Counted from the first letter of the stretch, positions 1-11,719 are shown. The stretch is 64,000 nt of DNA from an uncultured Chthonomonadaceae bacterium (GCA_963817895.1 CAWFQB010000001.1:1088001-1152000), one strand, 5' to 3'. The notes: generated by a model not told the origin, from the letters alone. Program-made: numbers and translations.

Positions 1-1860
1 GTTCGTGTCGCGTCGTTCAGTCTGTACCTTGCCATGTGCGACCAGATTAATCCGCGAGATTACTGGACACAAGTACACTTTCCTCCGCTCCGCGGACACC
101 GCCTCGTAGAAAGTGATTTTTTTGATGAGGAGCAGGAAGGCATCCGAACAGACAAAGATGCACATTATGACCTAATTGTTGGCAATGCGCCCTGGGGCAA
201 CAAACTGCTGACTGAGAAAGCGCATCAATGGGCGCATACTAAAGAATGGCCTATTGCTAATAAACAAATCGGGACGCTGTTCCTTGCAAAGTCTCTGGCA
301 CTTTTAAAGACAAAAACCGGGCAGGTTTGCATGGTGCAGCCTGCCGGGGCCGTACTGTTTAATCGCAATACGACGGCAAAGGCGTTTCAAGATAAGTTGT
401 TTGGTAACTTCAAAGTGCATGAAGTAGTCAACCTGTCCGCGTTGCGTTTCCAATTGTTCCCCAACGCCATTGGACCGGCATGTATTATCACTACGTCAAC
501 TGCTTCAAGAGATTACGAACCGATTCTTTACATTTGCCCAAAGCCCTTAGAGACAAATGAAGATGAATATCGCGTCGTGATAGAACCCAATAACATACAT
601 TGGGTGTACTTCAATGAAAAGCCAATAGACATGCGTGTTTGGACTACCTTGATGTGGGGTGGAAATCGTGATCTTAGACTTATCAACAATTTTAAGGACA
701 CGTCAACCCTTCAAAAATTGAAGACACGCAAATGTGTACAATCACGTCGTGGTTTTGTAAAATCCGAACCCACGCAAGAGCGTCCTGAGTTGAAAGGTAA
801 ACCTCTTCTTGAAGCTGAGCAGTTCCCCAATAATACTTTTCTGTATTTAGACGTTAATTTGCTTGATAGAATGTACCTTCCTTTTGTTTACGAGAAGGAT
901 TCTACTGACTTTTCAGCGTTTGATTTACCTCAAGCTATTATAAAAACCAGTTGGAAAGTAGGAGAAGGCCGGTTCCGTGCTGCGCTGACCAAGCCTGATA
1001 AGACAAAACAAGGAGTTATTTGCTCACGTCTATATGTAAGCGTCCATACGAAGGAACAAAACTCCAGTTTACTCGATATGCTCTGTCTAACGTTCAACAG
1101 CATCTTTGCTGTGTACTTCCTTCTGCTCACGAGCGGCAGGTTCGCGTCTTACATTCCAGAAGCATTAGTGGCTGAGTTGCTTGATGTTCCTATCGCTGAA
1201 CACTATACTCCGAATATTGCTGCAATTAAAGAATTCGATGATATTGACAATGAAGTACGCAAATCCCTTGACCTTCGAGACGCTGATTGGACTTTAATAG
1301 AAGATTTGTTTAACTACACCTTGCCTGATTTCAAAGGCAACGTAACTTCACCGGGCCGACAGCCAACACGTTCACAGACTGCTCAAAGTAATCACACAGA
1401 ACCTATACTCTCGCAGTATTGTGATTACTTCCTGCGAGTGCTGAAAGCCAGTTTTGGTCAAGACAAAAACGTTTGCGCGACGATATACCAGGAAGATGAC
1501 ACACTCGGATTGCCATTGCGCCTGGTAGCGATTCATCTTGATTGGCCTGAACGTGAGCTTATCTCAACAGAGACGATGAGCAACTCCGATTTGCGCAGCC
1601 GTTTGCAAGAACTCTATCACAAGTTGATTCAAAGACCCGAGGAGGCTAAACTGTATTATCAACGGGTTGTCAGAATGTATGACACCGTTGACACGCCACA
1701 TGGAAAAGTCCCAACAATATACATCATCAAGCCGGACCAAATTCGATATTGGACTCGCTCAATGGGTTTGCATGACGCTGATGAGGTAGGAGGGGACATA
1801 CTGACGTGGAAAGGCACTGCTGAGTTCGATGCATCAAAGCGAGTAATTGAAGTTGACTAA
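1..1860 (+). CDS. N6-adenine DNA methyltransferase (type IIG/Eco57I-like RM protein), 5'-truncated by window edge
   Basis: YDLIVGNAPW (NPPY/W-like motif IV) preceded by DFF; long TRD-like C-terminus; frame open from window start; AT-richer than backbone. Confidence 0.8.
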   Translation, partial: VRVASFSLYLAMCDQINPRDYWTQVHFPPLRGHRLVESDFFDEEQEGIRTDKDAHYDLIVGNAPWGNKLLTEKAHQWAHTKEWPIANKQIGTLFLAKSLALLKTKTGQVCMVQPAGAVLFNRNTTAKAFQDKLFGNFKVHEVVNLSALRFQLFPNAIGPACIITTSTASRDYEPILYICPKPLETNEDEYRVVIEPNNIHWVYFNEKPIDMRVWTTLMWGGNRDLRLINNFKDTSTLQKLKTRKCVQSRRGFVKSEPTQERPELKGKPLLEAEQFPNNTFLYLDVNLLDRMYLPFVYEKDSTDFSAFDLPQAIIKTSWKVGEGRFRAALTKPDKTKQGVICSRLYVSVHTKEQNSSLLDMLCLTFNSIFAVYFLLLTSGRFASYIPEALVAELLDVPIAEHYTPNIAAIKEFDDIDNEVRKSLDLRDADWTLIEDLFNYTLPDFKGNVTSPGRQPTRSQTAQSNHTEPILSQYCDYFLRVLKASFGQDKNVCATIYQEDDTLGLPLRLVAIHLDWPERELISTETMSNSDLRSRLQELYHKLIQRPEEAKLYYQRVVRMYDTVDTPHGKVPTIYIIKPDQIRYWTRSMGLHDADEVGGDILTWKGTAEFDASKRVIEVD

Positions 1861-2518
1861 TCGCCGTACTCCTGTTGAAGCTCGCTGGCCTTTGACGCCG
1901 GAATTTTCTGCTATTGCTGATAGCTGGTCGCCTGATTTCAGCGCAAATCTTTTGCGGCTTGTTTGGGAAGCATACGATTTGCTCGCAGTGGAACTACTAT
2001 CCATGGTAGATTGTTCACAGAATGATGATTCTCTTGAAACGTCAATAACCCAGGAACTGGAGAAGCGCATAAGACGCCTCATGTCAGGGGACGAACTATT
2101 CGATGTACAGCATAAACCGTGCGAGTACGAAACTCGTTTACCTGCGCCTGCACAAGCCCCTGAATACGATATAGCTTTTGCTTTACGTGCCTTTCCACGA
2201 ACAATGTGGCCGTTAGAGGCAAAAGTGTTGCGTACCGATAAGGCGCTGGCAGAGTACGTCAAGGAAATAAGAGCCAATTTTCAAAAGTGTCGCTATGCTC
2301 CGTTCTCCAATCAAGGAGCAATGTTAGGCTACCTTGTTTCAGGTTCAGAATTGAAGGCACTCGACAACATACAAAAGAAACTGCGCCGTACATTATCACA
2401 GCACTCTGATTTTCCCAATCGCCCTCATAAAACCTCAGAACATCGGCGTATAGTTCCAAGTGGTAAGCCATACCCGAAGCATTTCCGATGTCATCATCTC
2501 ATACTACGTTTGGCTTGA
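1847..2518 (+). CDS. Hypothetical protein, possible PD-(D/E)XK nuclease
   Basis: 223-aa ORF overlapping the MTase stop; E...YDIAF...LEAK pattern. Confidence 0.55.
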   Translation: MKLTNRRTPVEARWPLTPEFSAIADSWSPDFSANLLRLVWEAYDLLAVELLSMVDCSQNDDSLETSITQELEKRIRRLMSGDELFDVQHKPCEYETRLPAPAQAPEYDIAFALRAFPRTMWPLEAKVLRTDKALAEYVKEIRANFQKCRYAPFSNQGAMLGYLVSGSELKALDNIQKKLRRTLSQHSDFPNRPHKTSEHRRIVPSGKPYPKHFRCHHLILRLA

Positions 2519-2534
2519 TGTTGACAGGCAAATT

Positions 2535-4912
2535 TCAAGGCACAATGTTGGTAGCTCGCGGCTCTCCTGTGTCCTTGAGGCGGTCGGCGAGGCGGGTGTA
2601 GCGGCGGGTAGTTTTGTCGTTCTTGACGGCGCGGGCAATGGCTTTCTTGTCGCCGACCAGAACGCACAAATCCCGCGCCCGCGTCAGTCCCGTATACAGC
2701 AGATTACGTTGCAGCATCATGTACTGGCTGGAGTGCATCACTAAAATCACGGCCTTGTACTCTGAGCCTTGGCTTTTGTGGACACTCAAGGCAAATGCGA
2801 GTTGTAGTTCATCGTAATCGGCAAAATCATACTCAATGCGTCTCTTCGCCAAATCGGACAAGCAAAATCTGATCTTCCGGCTTGATGTCGGCAATGGCTC
2901 CGATGTCGCCGTTGAACACGTTCTTGTCGTAGTTGTTGACCAGTTGGATCACGCGGTCTCCGATGCGGAAGCGGCGCGAACCCCGCAGCAGTTCCGGCAC
3001 GCGCCCGGTCGGGTCGGCGGGGTTGAGCGCGTCCTGAAGGCGCATATTCAGATTGTCCACGCCGAGCGACCCCTTTTTCAGCGCGGACAAGACCTGCACA
3101 TCATCGCCCCGATAGCCCAAACCGGGCAGGGATTTGCGGGCCAGCGCGACAACTTTGTCCGCGCCCTCTTCGCCCTCCTCCACTTCGATGAACAGCATGT
3201 TCTTGCCGTCGCGCTCTTTCGGCGGAACCAGAAGGGAAACTCGCCCTTGCGGATTTTGTGCGCGTTGGTCACAATCAAACTCTGCTGCGCCTGCCGGAAC
3301 ACCTGCGTCAGCCGAATGGAGGGAACCACGCCCGAATTCAATAAATCGCCCAGCACATTGCCCGCGCCCACTGAAGGCAACTGGTCGCTGTCGCCCACAA
3401 ACACCACCTGCGCGGTTTCGGGAACGGCTTTGAGCAGGTTATTGGCGAGAACCGCGTCCAGCATGGAAACCTCGTCGGCAATCAGCACATCACAATCCAG
3501 CGGGTTCTGCTCGTTGTACTGAAAACTGTGCGTGGCCGGGTCAAATTTCAGAGCCGGTGAATGGTCGTCGCTTCCCGCCCCGTCACTTCGCTCAATCGCT
3601 TGGCCGCGCGCCCGTTGGGGACACAAGCAGGATGTTTTTACGCTGCGCGTCAAAGGCGCGGGCAATGACGTTTGTAGTCGCGGTTTTGCCGACGCCCGGG
3701 CCGCCTGTCAGCACAAGAAAATTTTTTTCCAATGCCAGCATCACGGCCTCGGTTTGTTCCTCGGAAAGCGTGATGCCCGCCTGCTGCTCCTGCTGTTTTA
3801 TCCACGCGCCGATTTTGTCGCGCTTGACGGGCCTATCCGCGCCTGTCTGTAATCGCCGCCGGATTTGCGCGGCCAAGCCCCACTTCCGTATAATATAACG
3901 CGGGATGGTAAAAGGCGCGCATGGCCCGCCCCGCCATTTCCACGCCCTCCACATCTTCGGCAATTACGGCTTCGGACGCGGCCATGTTTTCCATGATGGG
4001 CGCGATCAGTTCCGGTTCCACGCTCAGAATTTCGGCGGCGGACGTGAGCAGTTTGGGTTCGGGCAGGAACAAATGTCCGAAATCCGTCGCTTCCGAAAGC
4101 GTGTACAGCAGTCCGGCTTCCAGTCGCTTTTCGCTTTCCAGCGCGATGCCCATCTGCTGCGCGATCTTGTCCGCCGTCTTGAAGCCGATGCCCCAAATGT
4201 CTTGCGCCAGCCGGTAGGGGTTCTCTTCGACGGTTTGTATGGCCTTGTCGCCGTAAGTTTTATAAATCTTGACCGCATAGGTGGCGGATACGCCGTGTCC
4301 CTGCAAGAACAGCATCACGTTGCGGATTTCGCGCTGCTCGTGCCACGCCTTCTGGATTTTTTCGATCCGCTTTTCGCCGATGCCGCCCACGCGCAGCAGT
4401 TTGCGCGGGTCGGTTTCGATCACGTCCAGCGTTTCCAGCCCGAACAAATCCACCATGCGCTTCGCCATCACCGGCCCGATGCCTTTAATCAGGCCGCTGC
4501 CCAGATACTTTTCAATGGCAAAGGCTGTAGCGGGCTTGGTCATCTGATAACGCTCGACCGCGAACTGCCGCCCAAACTCTTTATGCGCAGTCCACGCGCC
4601 CTCGCACACCAGTTGCTCGCCAACAACCGGGTTGGTAAAATTCCCCACAACCGTAATCAAATCCCGTGCGCCCTCGACCGCCAGCCGCCCCACCGTGTAC
4701 CCGTTATCCTCATTGTGGTACGTAACCCGCTCCAAAACGCCGGTCAGCGTATCCGTAAACGGATTGGTGGACGGTGATTGGTGGTTAGCAGTTGGGGGTT
4801 GAGGGTTGGCAGAGTAGGCGTGGGGATAGGAAGCCTGCTCGTCATCGGGAACGGGAGGCGCATCTGCTTCAGAAGGGAAGGGTGGACGGGTTGTATACGG
4901 ATTGTTGCGCAT
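2535..4912 (-). pseudogene. recD2: ATP-dependent RecD2-like DNA helicase, split by about 4 frameshifts (pseudogene or sequencing errors)
   Basis: Consecutive ORFs 3833-5047, 3592-3963, 3078-3665, 2833-3198, 2535-2894 give YLGSGLIKGIGP, GGPGVGKT (Walker A), DEVSM, GDSDQLPSVGAG, VHKSQGSEY, LYTGLTRAR. Confidence 0.9.
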
Positions 4913-5006
4913 AGGTACCGGTGTTTGCAAGGTTGGCATACACAGTATACTACACGCGACAAGTGAGATGTGGAAAACACAGGGGAGGCAGGCAAGAGCA
5001 GCGAGG

Positions 5007-6912
5007 CTACAAGGCCATATCCGCGTAAGCAGAGCCACAAAAGGCATAAATGTCGCCCCACAGCATTTTATCCGGGGACTGTTCCAGCGTGGACAGCAGA
5101 TGTTCGGGAGTAACCGCCCTGCCGAACAGCAGTCTTTCGCCGTCGCCGATTTTCACGTTGAAGCCATCAAAGCCCAGTTCGGCCAGATACTCCACGCAGC
5201 AGCGCGTTTGCGCCAGAAACTCCTTTGCAAACTCGAAGGAGAGGCAGGGTATCGGCTGCGTAAGTCCGCGCAATACGTTATACTCGAAGCCCTCCACATC
5301 AATCTTGCAGTACGCGGGACGCCCAAACTGCGCGATCATCAAATCCAGCGTGGTGACGGGGGCGATAATCTGCTGATTCCAGTTCATGCCCGCAAAGCGC
5401 CCCTGTTTCCATTCCGTTGAGAAGGTGGAAAGCCCTTCGCCCGCGCTGCAAATCGAAAAACGAATGTTTCCGGGCTTGTCGGCAAGGCCGGCAGGCATGA
5501 CAACCACATTGGGCGCGTCCCCGAACTTTGCCTGTAGCGCGGCGACGCAGTTGGGCTGGCAGTCGAAGCAGACGACCCTTCCCGCGCTTTGCTCCAGCAT
5601 TGCCTGCGCTTTCACGCCATAGTGCGCCCCCACATCGAAGACCGTGTCTCCCGGCTGGAAAAAGCGATGCCCCGATTCCGCATTCTCGCTGTCCGCTTTC
5701 TGCGCGGCGAACCACTGCGCCATTGCCTGAACTTCCGCATCATCACCATATTGCTTTGCCAGTTCCTCCGAGGCCACACTGCCACAGGCGAGGTCGTAGA
5801 TGTCGCGCCAGAGCGCCAGAGCATCGAGAGCCTGTTCCCGGTTGCCGCGATCCAGAATGTAACTGCGCCGCAGTTTTTCCGCCGCCTCGTAGCGGCGTCC
5901 CTGCGCGTATAAAGCGGTTCCCAACAAATGGTAAGCGTCAGCGTTGCGGTTGTTCAGGCGCGTCAAAAATTCCGCGCCGTCCGCCGCTTCCGTTAAATTT
6001 AATGCTTGCAACTGTTCCCGCGCGTGTTGCAGCAGCATGTCGCCGATGTTTCCGCCTGCCTTCGCGTCCGCAACGGGACGTTCAGGGCGAGGAAACGTGC
6101 TGTAACACGATTCGGGATGGCGGGGACGCAGCGGGGGCAGAGTATCATTCAGGAGGGCATGGGCGTCTTCGGGCGCGGCAAGCGCGGCCAGAAGTTCTTG
6201 TTCGGCCTGCCGCATCTCCTGCGGGGTGGGACGGACTTCGATTTTACGATTAATGTTCTGCCGGAACGCGATCATCTCGAACGGGCAAGCGGCGGCGCAG
6301 GCGGTATCCCTCGCAACACGCTGCACCCATTCCACGACAGCCGCCCGCTCACCGGACAGACGGGCATCGAAGCCGCCGGTACGCCGCCACAGATCGGCGC
6401 GAATGGCGAAATGCGGAAACGAGCGCGTTTCATAGACGGGAGCCACAACGGAGTGGCTGCGCAATTCGTCTGCGTTCGCGCGCAGAATCGCCTCCCAATT
6501 GGCCTGACACCAGGCGGCCTGACAGTAGTGTAGACCGTGATAGGTTTCATAGGGTACGATTAAATTCGCGGTGGGAAGCGCGTTTTGCAGGGCGGCGTGA
6601 TAGGCGCGCGGATACAGATACTCGCTGCGCCAGACACACAGCCATTCCCCTTTCCATTCTGCTTTCGATTCTTCTTCCGCGAGTTCCGCCCCGCGCTGAA
6701 TGGCCTGCGCGAACCCGGTGAAGGGCATTCCGTCCGCGTTGCCTGTTACCTGTATGACCCGGCAGCGCGCCGGAAGAACGGGCAAAGCCGCCCCGGAATC
6801 CAGCACAAGCGCGGTATCTTCAGGCTGCAAGGCGGGCCAGAGCGAAAGCCAGCTTTGCAGGGCGAACGGCTCCGCAACCGCCGGGGGTATGATAAAACAG
6901 ATGCGTGGTCAT
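5007..6912 (-). CDS. FkbM-family methyltransferase with N-terminal glycosyltransferase-like and TPR regions
   Basis: FDVGAHYG, KIDVEGFE; TPR-like AYHLLGTALYAQG. ATG at 6912 joins the 5007-6830 frame if one base of the G5 run near 6883-6887 is removed. Confidence 0.75.
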
Positions 6913-7014
6913 AGGGTTTCCTTTGCGAGAGTACAGCCCAATTATGGGTACTTCGGGGAAACTTCTGAATGTCTTTTGCGAAAAACTTACTGAAATTTAT
7001 GAGGAGGAGAAACG

Positions 7015-8097
7015 ATGGCACCCCTGTTTACGCGCTGTCCGGAAAACCCGATTGTGGTTCCGGGCGGGTACGACTGGCGCATGGCGGCGACGTTTAATCC
7101 CGGCGTGATACTGGATGACGACGGGCGTTTTTATCTGTATGAGCGGGCGGCGGGGCAGTTGCGCCCGTTTCACTGCTATATCGGCCTGCTCGACAGCGAC
7201 GACGGGGTTCACTTTACGCAGGTCGGCACACAGCCCGTATTCACGCCCGAAATGGCAGGCAGTCCGTATGGCAGCGTACAGGACCCCCGCGTCGTGAAGA
7301 TTGACGGCGCGTACTACATGACGTATGCGTTTCGCCCGTTCGCGTGGTCTTCCAACCCAACCGGCGTGGGCGTTCCGGAATCGCATGAATCCGACTTTCC
7401 GGGTGTGGAACGCGCCCCGATTGTCGTCAATAGCGGCTCGAAAAACGTTGCCAATGCCCGCCCCGATAATATGACGCGCTCCGGTATCGCCATATCGCGG
7501 GACAGGGTGACCTGGCAGCATCATGTCTGGGCCACGCCGCCCGATATGGATGATCGCGACGTGATTCTGTTTCCCGAAAAAATCGGCGGGCGTTTCGCTC
7601 TGCTGCGCCGCCCGCTGCAATGGGTCGGCCCGGAGTATGGAACCGACTATCCCGGCATCTGGATTTGCTTTTCCGATGACCTGCAAAACTGGACGCCGCC
7701 GGCTCTGATCGCCAAACCGGAATTTGATTGGGAAGACAACCGTATCGGCGGTTCCACGCCCCCGCTGCGAACCCCAAAGGGCTGGCTGGTTTTGTATCAC
7801 GGCGTGGAAACGCAGGATGCCCGCCTCCGCCGCGTGTGCTACCGCGTGGGCGCATTGCTGCTCGATCTCGACGACCCGACGCGCGTACTTGCCCGAACCT
7901 CCCGCGCGCTGATGGAACCCGAAACCTATTATGAGCGCTTCGGCCTGTACATCCCCAACGTGATTTTCCCGACCGCGAATGTGGTCAAAGACGGACTGCT
8001 GTACCTGTACTACGGCGTCTGCGACACGGCCATCGCTCTCGCAACAACGCCGCTTGACGCCCTGGTAGATTATATTTTGGAGGAGGGGGAAATTTAG
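7015..8097 (+). CDS. GH130-family glycosidase / mannoside phosphorylase-like protein
   Basis: FNPG, QDPRVV, DRDVILFPEKIGG, GWLVLYHG, PNVIFP, YYGVCD; RBS GAGGAG. Confidence 0.85.
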   Translation: MAPLFTRCPENPIVVPGGYDWRMAATFNPGVILDDDGRFYLYERAAGQLRPFHCYIGLLDSDDGVHFTQVGTQPVFTPEMAGSPYGSVQDPRVVKIDGAYYMTYAFRPFAWSSNPTGVGVPESHESDFPGVERAPIVVNSGSKNVANARPDNMTRSGIAISRDRVTWQHHVWATPPDMDDRDVILFPEKIGGRFALLRRPLQWVGPEYGTDYPGIWICFSDDLQNWTPPALIAKPEFDWEDNRIGGSTPPLRTPKGWLVLYHGVETQDARLRRVCYRVGALLLDLDDPTRVLARTSRALMEPETYYERFGLYIPNVIFPTANVVKDGLLYLYYGVCDTAIALATTPLDALVDYILEEGEI

Positions 8098-8149
8098 GAA
8101 TATGGGAATATGGAAGAAAGAAGCTGACTACCGGGCTTAACACCGACAC

Positions 8150-9184
8150 ATGGAGAATTTCAACATGAGTGACCTGATACCTGCCGACTATACAGCATTG
8201 TTGGACTCTGTAAAAACGCGCATTCGCGCCGCGCAGGTTGCGGCGTTGCGGCAAGCCAATCTTGAGATGATTGCTTGCTATTGGGACATAGGACAGTTGC
8301 TGTCACGCAAAGAGCAAGATAGCCCACATGGGCAGGGCGTCGTAGAGCAGTTGGCGCGCGATGTTCAGTCTGATTTTCCGGGCATTCGTGGTTTCTCTGC
8401 TTCTAACCTGTGGCGCATGAAGACGTTTTACGAAACATATAATGTGAATTTAAAACTCGCACCACTGGTGCGAGAAATCGGATGGTCGCACAATTTGGCT
8501 ATTCTGGAAAAGTGCAAGGACGATTTGGAACGCGAGTTCTACCTGCGGATGACGCGCAAATTCGGATGGACAAAGAACGTTCTGATACATCAGATCGAGA
8601 ACCAGTCTTACGAAAAGACGCTGCTCGGGCAAACCAATTTTGAGCAGGCGCTAACGCCCGAAATGGCGCGACAGGCGAAACTGGCGGTCAAAGACGAATA
8701 CACGTTCGATTTTCTGGAACTGGGAGATGAATACAGCGAGCGGCAAATGGAAGCGGCGATACTGGCGAAAGTGGAACCGTTTCTGCGCGAAATGGGCGGG
8801 ATGTTCTCCTTCATCGGCAGCCAGTATCGCCTGACGGTGGGCGGGCAGGAGTATGCCGTTGACCTGTTGCTTTACCATCGCCGCCTGCGCTGTCTGGTGG
8901 CTATAGAACTGAAAATCGGCGCGTTCGAGCCGGAACACGTCGGCAAAATGCAGTTCTATCTTGCCGTTCTGGATGATACGGTCAAACAAGCCGATGAGGA
9001 TCCCTCCATCGGCATCATCCTGTGCAAATCGAAAGAGCGCACTGTTGTAGAGTATGCCCTGCGGGATTCCGCCCGTCCCATCGGCGTAACAACGTACCGA
9101 ATGGTGAGCGACCTGCCGCAAAACCTGCGCGACCTGCTGCCCGCCCCGGAACAGATAGCCCGCTTGCTGGAAGGGCTGCAATAA
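8150..9184 (+). CDS. YhcG/DUF1016 PD-(D/E)XK nuclease-domain protein
   Basis: YWDIG, GFSASNLWRM, KDEYTFDFL, DLLLYH, IELKIG, GKMQFY, IGIILC. Confidence 0.9.
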   Translation: MENFNMSDLIPADYTALLDSVKTRIRAAQVAALRQANLEMIACYWDIGQLLSRKEQDSPHGQGVVEQLARDVQSDFPGIRGFSASNLWRMKTFYETYNVNLKLAPLVREIGWSHNLAILEKCKDDLEREFYLRMTRKFGWTKNVLIHQIENQSYEKTLLGQTNFEQALTPEMARQAKLAVKDEYTFDFLELGDEYSERQMEAAILAKVEPFLREMGGMFSFIGSQYRLTVGGQEYAVDLLLYHRRLRCLVAIELKIGAFEPEHVGKMQFYLAVLDDTVKQADEDPSIGIILCKSKERTVVEYALRDSARPIGVTTYRMVSDLPQNLRDLLPAPEQIARLLEGLQ

Positions 9185-9253
9185 ACGGGGAATTGGAGAA
9201 CTCGGAAGTTCTCAATGAGGCGCACACCTTGACCCGTCAGGTATACTATAAAC

Positions 9254-10141
9254 ATGACGACATTTGCTGAGACAATAGGGACTGCGCCACTCGTTCCGGC
9301 TCACGCGCCCATCCGCGCCGTGTTTATTGATATTGACGGCACGCTTGTCGGCGCGAACGAGACGGTTTCTCCCGGCAACCGACAGGCCATTGACAAAGCG
9401 CGGGCGAAAGGTGTAGAGGTCATTTTGTGTACAGGACGAACGCGCCACACCGCCCAGCCCGTTGCCGAACAGCTTGGCCCGCCACTGGGTTACGTGGTCA
9501 CGTCCAACGGGGGCGTCGCCATGCGCTTAGATACGAACGAAGTCTTGCATAAGCATCTGCTGTCGATTCCCGTTGCGCTGCAAATCATCAAGGCCATTAT
9601 CGCGGTCGGCGCAGAACCCTATGTGTACGAAGACGCCACGAGCGGCGAGTTGGACGGCGCGCGAGTCTTTTACCATCCCGAACTGCCCGTGAGCGCGTTT
9701 GCCGTCGCCGCCCGTTATCGTCCCTACGCGGACATAACCAAAACCCTGCCGTTTGAACCCGTATCCATCGGCGCGTTCGGTTCGCCATCCAAAATGCGCC
9801 CGCTCGTGGACAAGCTGCTCCACCAACTGCCGCCCGATCTGGCGATTATTCAGTCTGGTTCGGCCACGCATTGGGGCATCGAAATCTTTGTCGGCGGCGT
9901 CAGCAAAAAACTCGGTCTGGAAGCCCTCGCCGCGCATCTCGACATCCACCGTGAAGAGATCATGGCAATCGGCGACCACATCAACGACATCGAAATGCTG
10001 CAATGGGCGGGCGTGGGCGTGGCAATGGCAAACGCCCTGCCCGAAACCAAAGCCGTCGCGGACTGGATCACCACGTCACAGGCTGAGGACGGCGTTGCCC
10101 ATGCGATTGAACAGATAATTTTTGAGGAAGTAGATGGGTAG
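9254..10141 (+). CDS. Cof-type HAD-IIB hydrolase
   Basis: DIDGTL, CTGR, SKK, GDHINDIEML, AMANA. Confidence 0.9.
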   Translation: MTTFAETIGTAPLVPAHAPIRAVFIDIDGTLVGANETVSPGNRQAIDKARAKGVEVILCTGRTRHTAQPVAEQLGPPLGYVVTSNGGVAMRLDTNEVLHKHLLSIPVALQIIKAIIAVGAEPYVYEDATSGELDGARVFYHPELPVSAFAVAARYRPYADITKTLPFEPVSIGAFGSPSKMRPLVDKLLHQLPPDLAIIQSGSATHWGIEIFVGGVSKKLGLEALAAHLDIHREEIMAIGDHINDIEMLQWAGVGVAMANALPETKAVADWITTSQAEDGVAHAIEQIIFEEVDG

Positions 10142-10257
10142 ATGGGTAGGTGGGTAGATAGGTAGAACAAACTTCTCCGGTTTTTTTGTTCGCGTAAATC
10201 TATAAGGCGTCAGGCATTTCTACCCATCTACCCACCTACCTATCTACCCATCTACCC
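10130..10257. repeat. Inverted pair of 8-bp tandem repeats (GGTAGATG / CATCTACC), STRR-like hairpin
   Basis: Arms at 10130-10166 and 10219-10257. Confidence 0.8.
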
Positions 10258-10266
10258 GGAGATACC

Positions 10267-11601
10267 ATGCTTCTCGGAACCCAACAAATCAACGAACAGG
10301 GCCATCTTGAAATCGGCGGCTGCGATACTGTAGAACTGGCGGCGCAATTTGGAACGCCCCTCTATCTGATGGACGAGGCCGCCATTCGCGCGAATTGCCG
10401 CAATTATAAAGCCGCGTTCGATGCGCGTTACCCGTCCAACGAAATCTGCTACGCCAGCAAAGCCTTTCTGACAATGGCAATGGCGCGACTGATTGCGCAG
10501 GAGGGCCTGAGCATGGACGTGGCCTCGCTTGGCGAATTGTATACCGCGTTACAGGCAGGCTTTCCCGCCAATCGCCTGTCCCTGCACGGCAACAACAAGT
10601 CCCGCGAGGAACTGGAACTGGCCGTCGAGCATGGCATCGGACACGTCATTGTGGACAATTTCCACGAGATCGCACTGCTTGGCGAAATCGTGAAGGAGAA
10701 GCGGGCGGAAATCAGTGTTCTGGTTCGCGCCGCGCCCGGCGTGGACCCGCACACCCACCGTTTGATTCGCACGGGGCAGGCCGACACCAAATTCGGCTTC
10801 AACATCACGGACGGACGCGCCCTGCAAGCCGTGAAGCAGGTACTCGCCACGCCTAACCTGCGCTTCAAGGGAATTCACTGCCATATCGGGTCACAACTGC
10901 TGGACGCCGATACCCACGCCGAAGCAGCAGAAATCATGGTTCGTCTGATGGAAACCATAGTACGCGAAACCGGGGCAACGGTCGAAGAACTCAACATCGG
11001 CGGCGGGTTGGGAGTCCGGTACTTGTCCCACCACGAGCCGCCTTCGTATGAAGCGTTCGCGGACAAGATCGTCGCGCCCCTGAAAGCCGCGCTGGACGCG
11101 CATGGCCTGCCCTATCCGAAACTGCTACAGGAGCCGGGGCGCGCGCTTGTGGGCGAAGCGGGAACCACGCTGTACACCATCGGCGCTATCAAAACCGTGC
11201 CGATTGTGGAAGAACCCGGAACCCGTTCGTATGTCAGCATTGACGGCGGATTGTCCGACAACCCGCGCCCGCAGTTGTACGAGGCGGTTTACGAGTGTAT
11301 GCTCGCCAACAAAGCCGACCGTCCCGCAGATGATGTTGTCACCATTGCCGGCAAGCACTGCGAAACCGACATTATGATCTGGAATACCAGAGTGGCGACT
11401 CCCACAACCGGCGACCTGCTGGCCGTGCAGACAACCGGCGCGTACAACTTCGTCATGGCAAGCAACTACAACCGTTTCCGACGTCCGGCTGTGGTGCTTG
11501 TTGCGGACGGACAGGCAGACATCATCGTAGAACGCCAAACGCTTGAAGACCTGATACGCGGCGAACGCATCCCCGACCGCCTGTGCCAGCCACAAGCGTA
11601 G
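10267..11601 (+). CDS. lysA: Diaminopimelate decarboxylase
   Basis: FGTPLY, YASKAF (PLP lysine), HCHIGSQ, EPGR, HCETD, GAY, MASNYN. Confidence 0.95.
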   Translation: MLLGTQQINEQGHLEIGGCDTVELAAQFGTPLYLMDEAAIRANCRNYKAAFDARYPSNEICYASKAFLTMAMARLIAQEGLSMDVASLGELYTALQAGFPANRLSLHGNNKSREELELAVEHGIGHVIVDNFHEIALLGEIVKEKRAEISVLVRAAPGVDPHTHRLIRTGQADTKFGFNITDGRALQAVKQVLATPNLRFKGIHCHIGSQLLDADTHAEAAEIMVRLMETIVRETGATVEELNIGGGLGVRYLSHHEPPSYEAFADKIVAPLKAALDAHGLPYPKLLQEPGRALVGEAGTTLYTIGAIKTVPIVEEPGTRSYVSIDGGLSDNPRPQLYEAVYECMLANKADRPADDVVTIAGKHCETDIMIWNTRVATPTTGDLLAVQTTGAYNFVMASNYNRFRRPAVVLVADGQADIIVERQTLEDLIRGERIPDRLCQPQA

Positions 11602-11611
11602 GAAAGAATAC

Positions 11612-11709
11612 GGTAGACGGTAGACAGTAGCAATTCCTGTCTGTTCAAAATTTTGCGCGACAGTAACAGTTGACAAACAGAAAGCTACTGTCTACCGTCT
11701 ACCGTCTAC
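11612..11709. repeat. Inverted pair of 7-bp tandem repeats (GGTAGAC / GTCTACC)
   Basis: Arms at 11612-11631 and 11684-11709. Confidence 0.75.
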
Positions 11710-11719
11710 TGAATTTAAC

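Noticed and set aside
2833..3963. Programmed frameshifting in recD2
   Set aside because: Too many shifts and no consistent slippery sites; error or decay is simpler.
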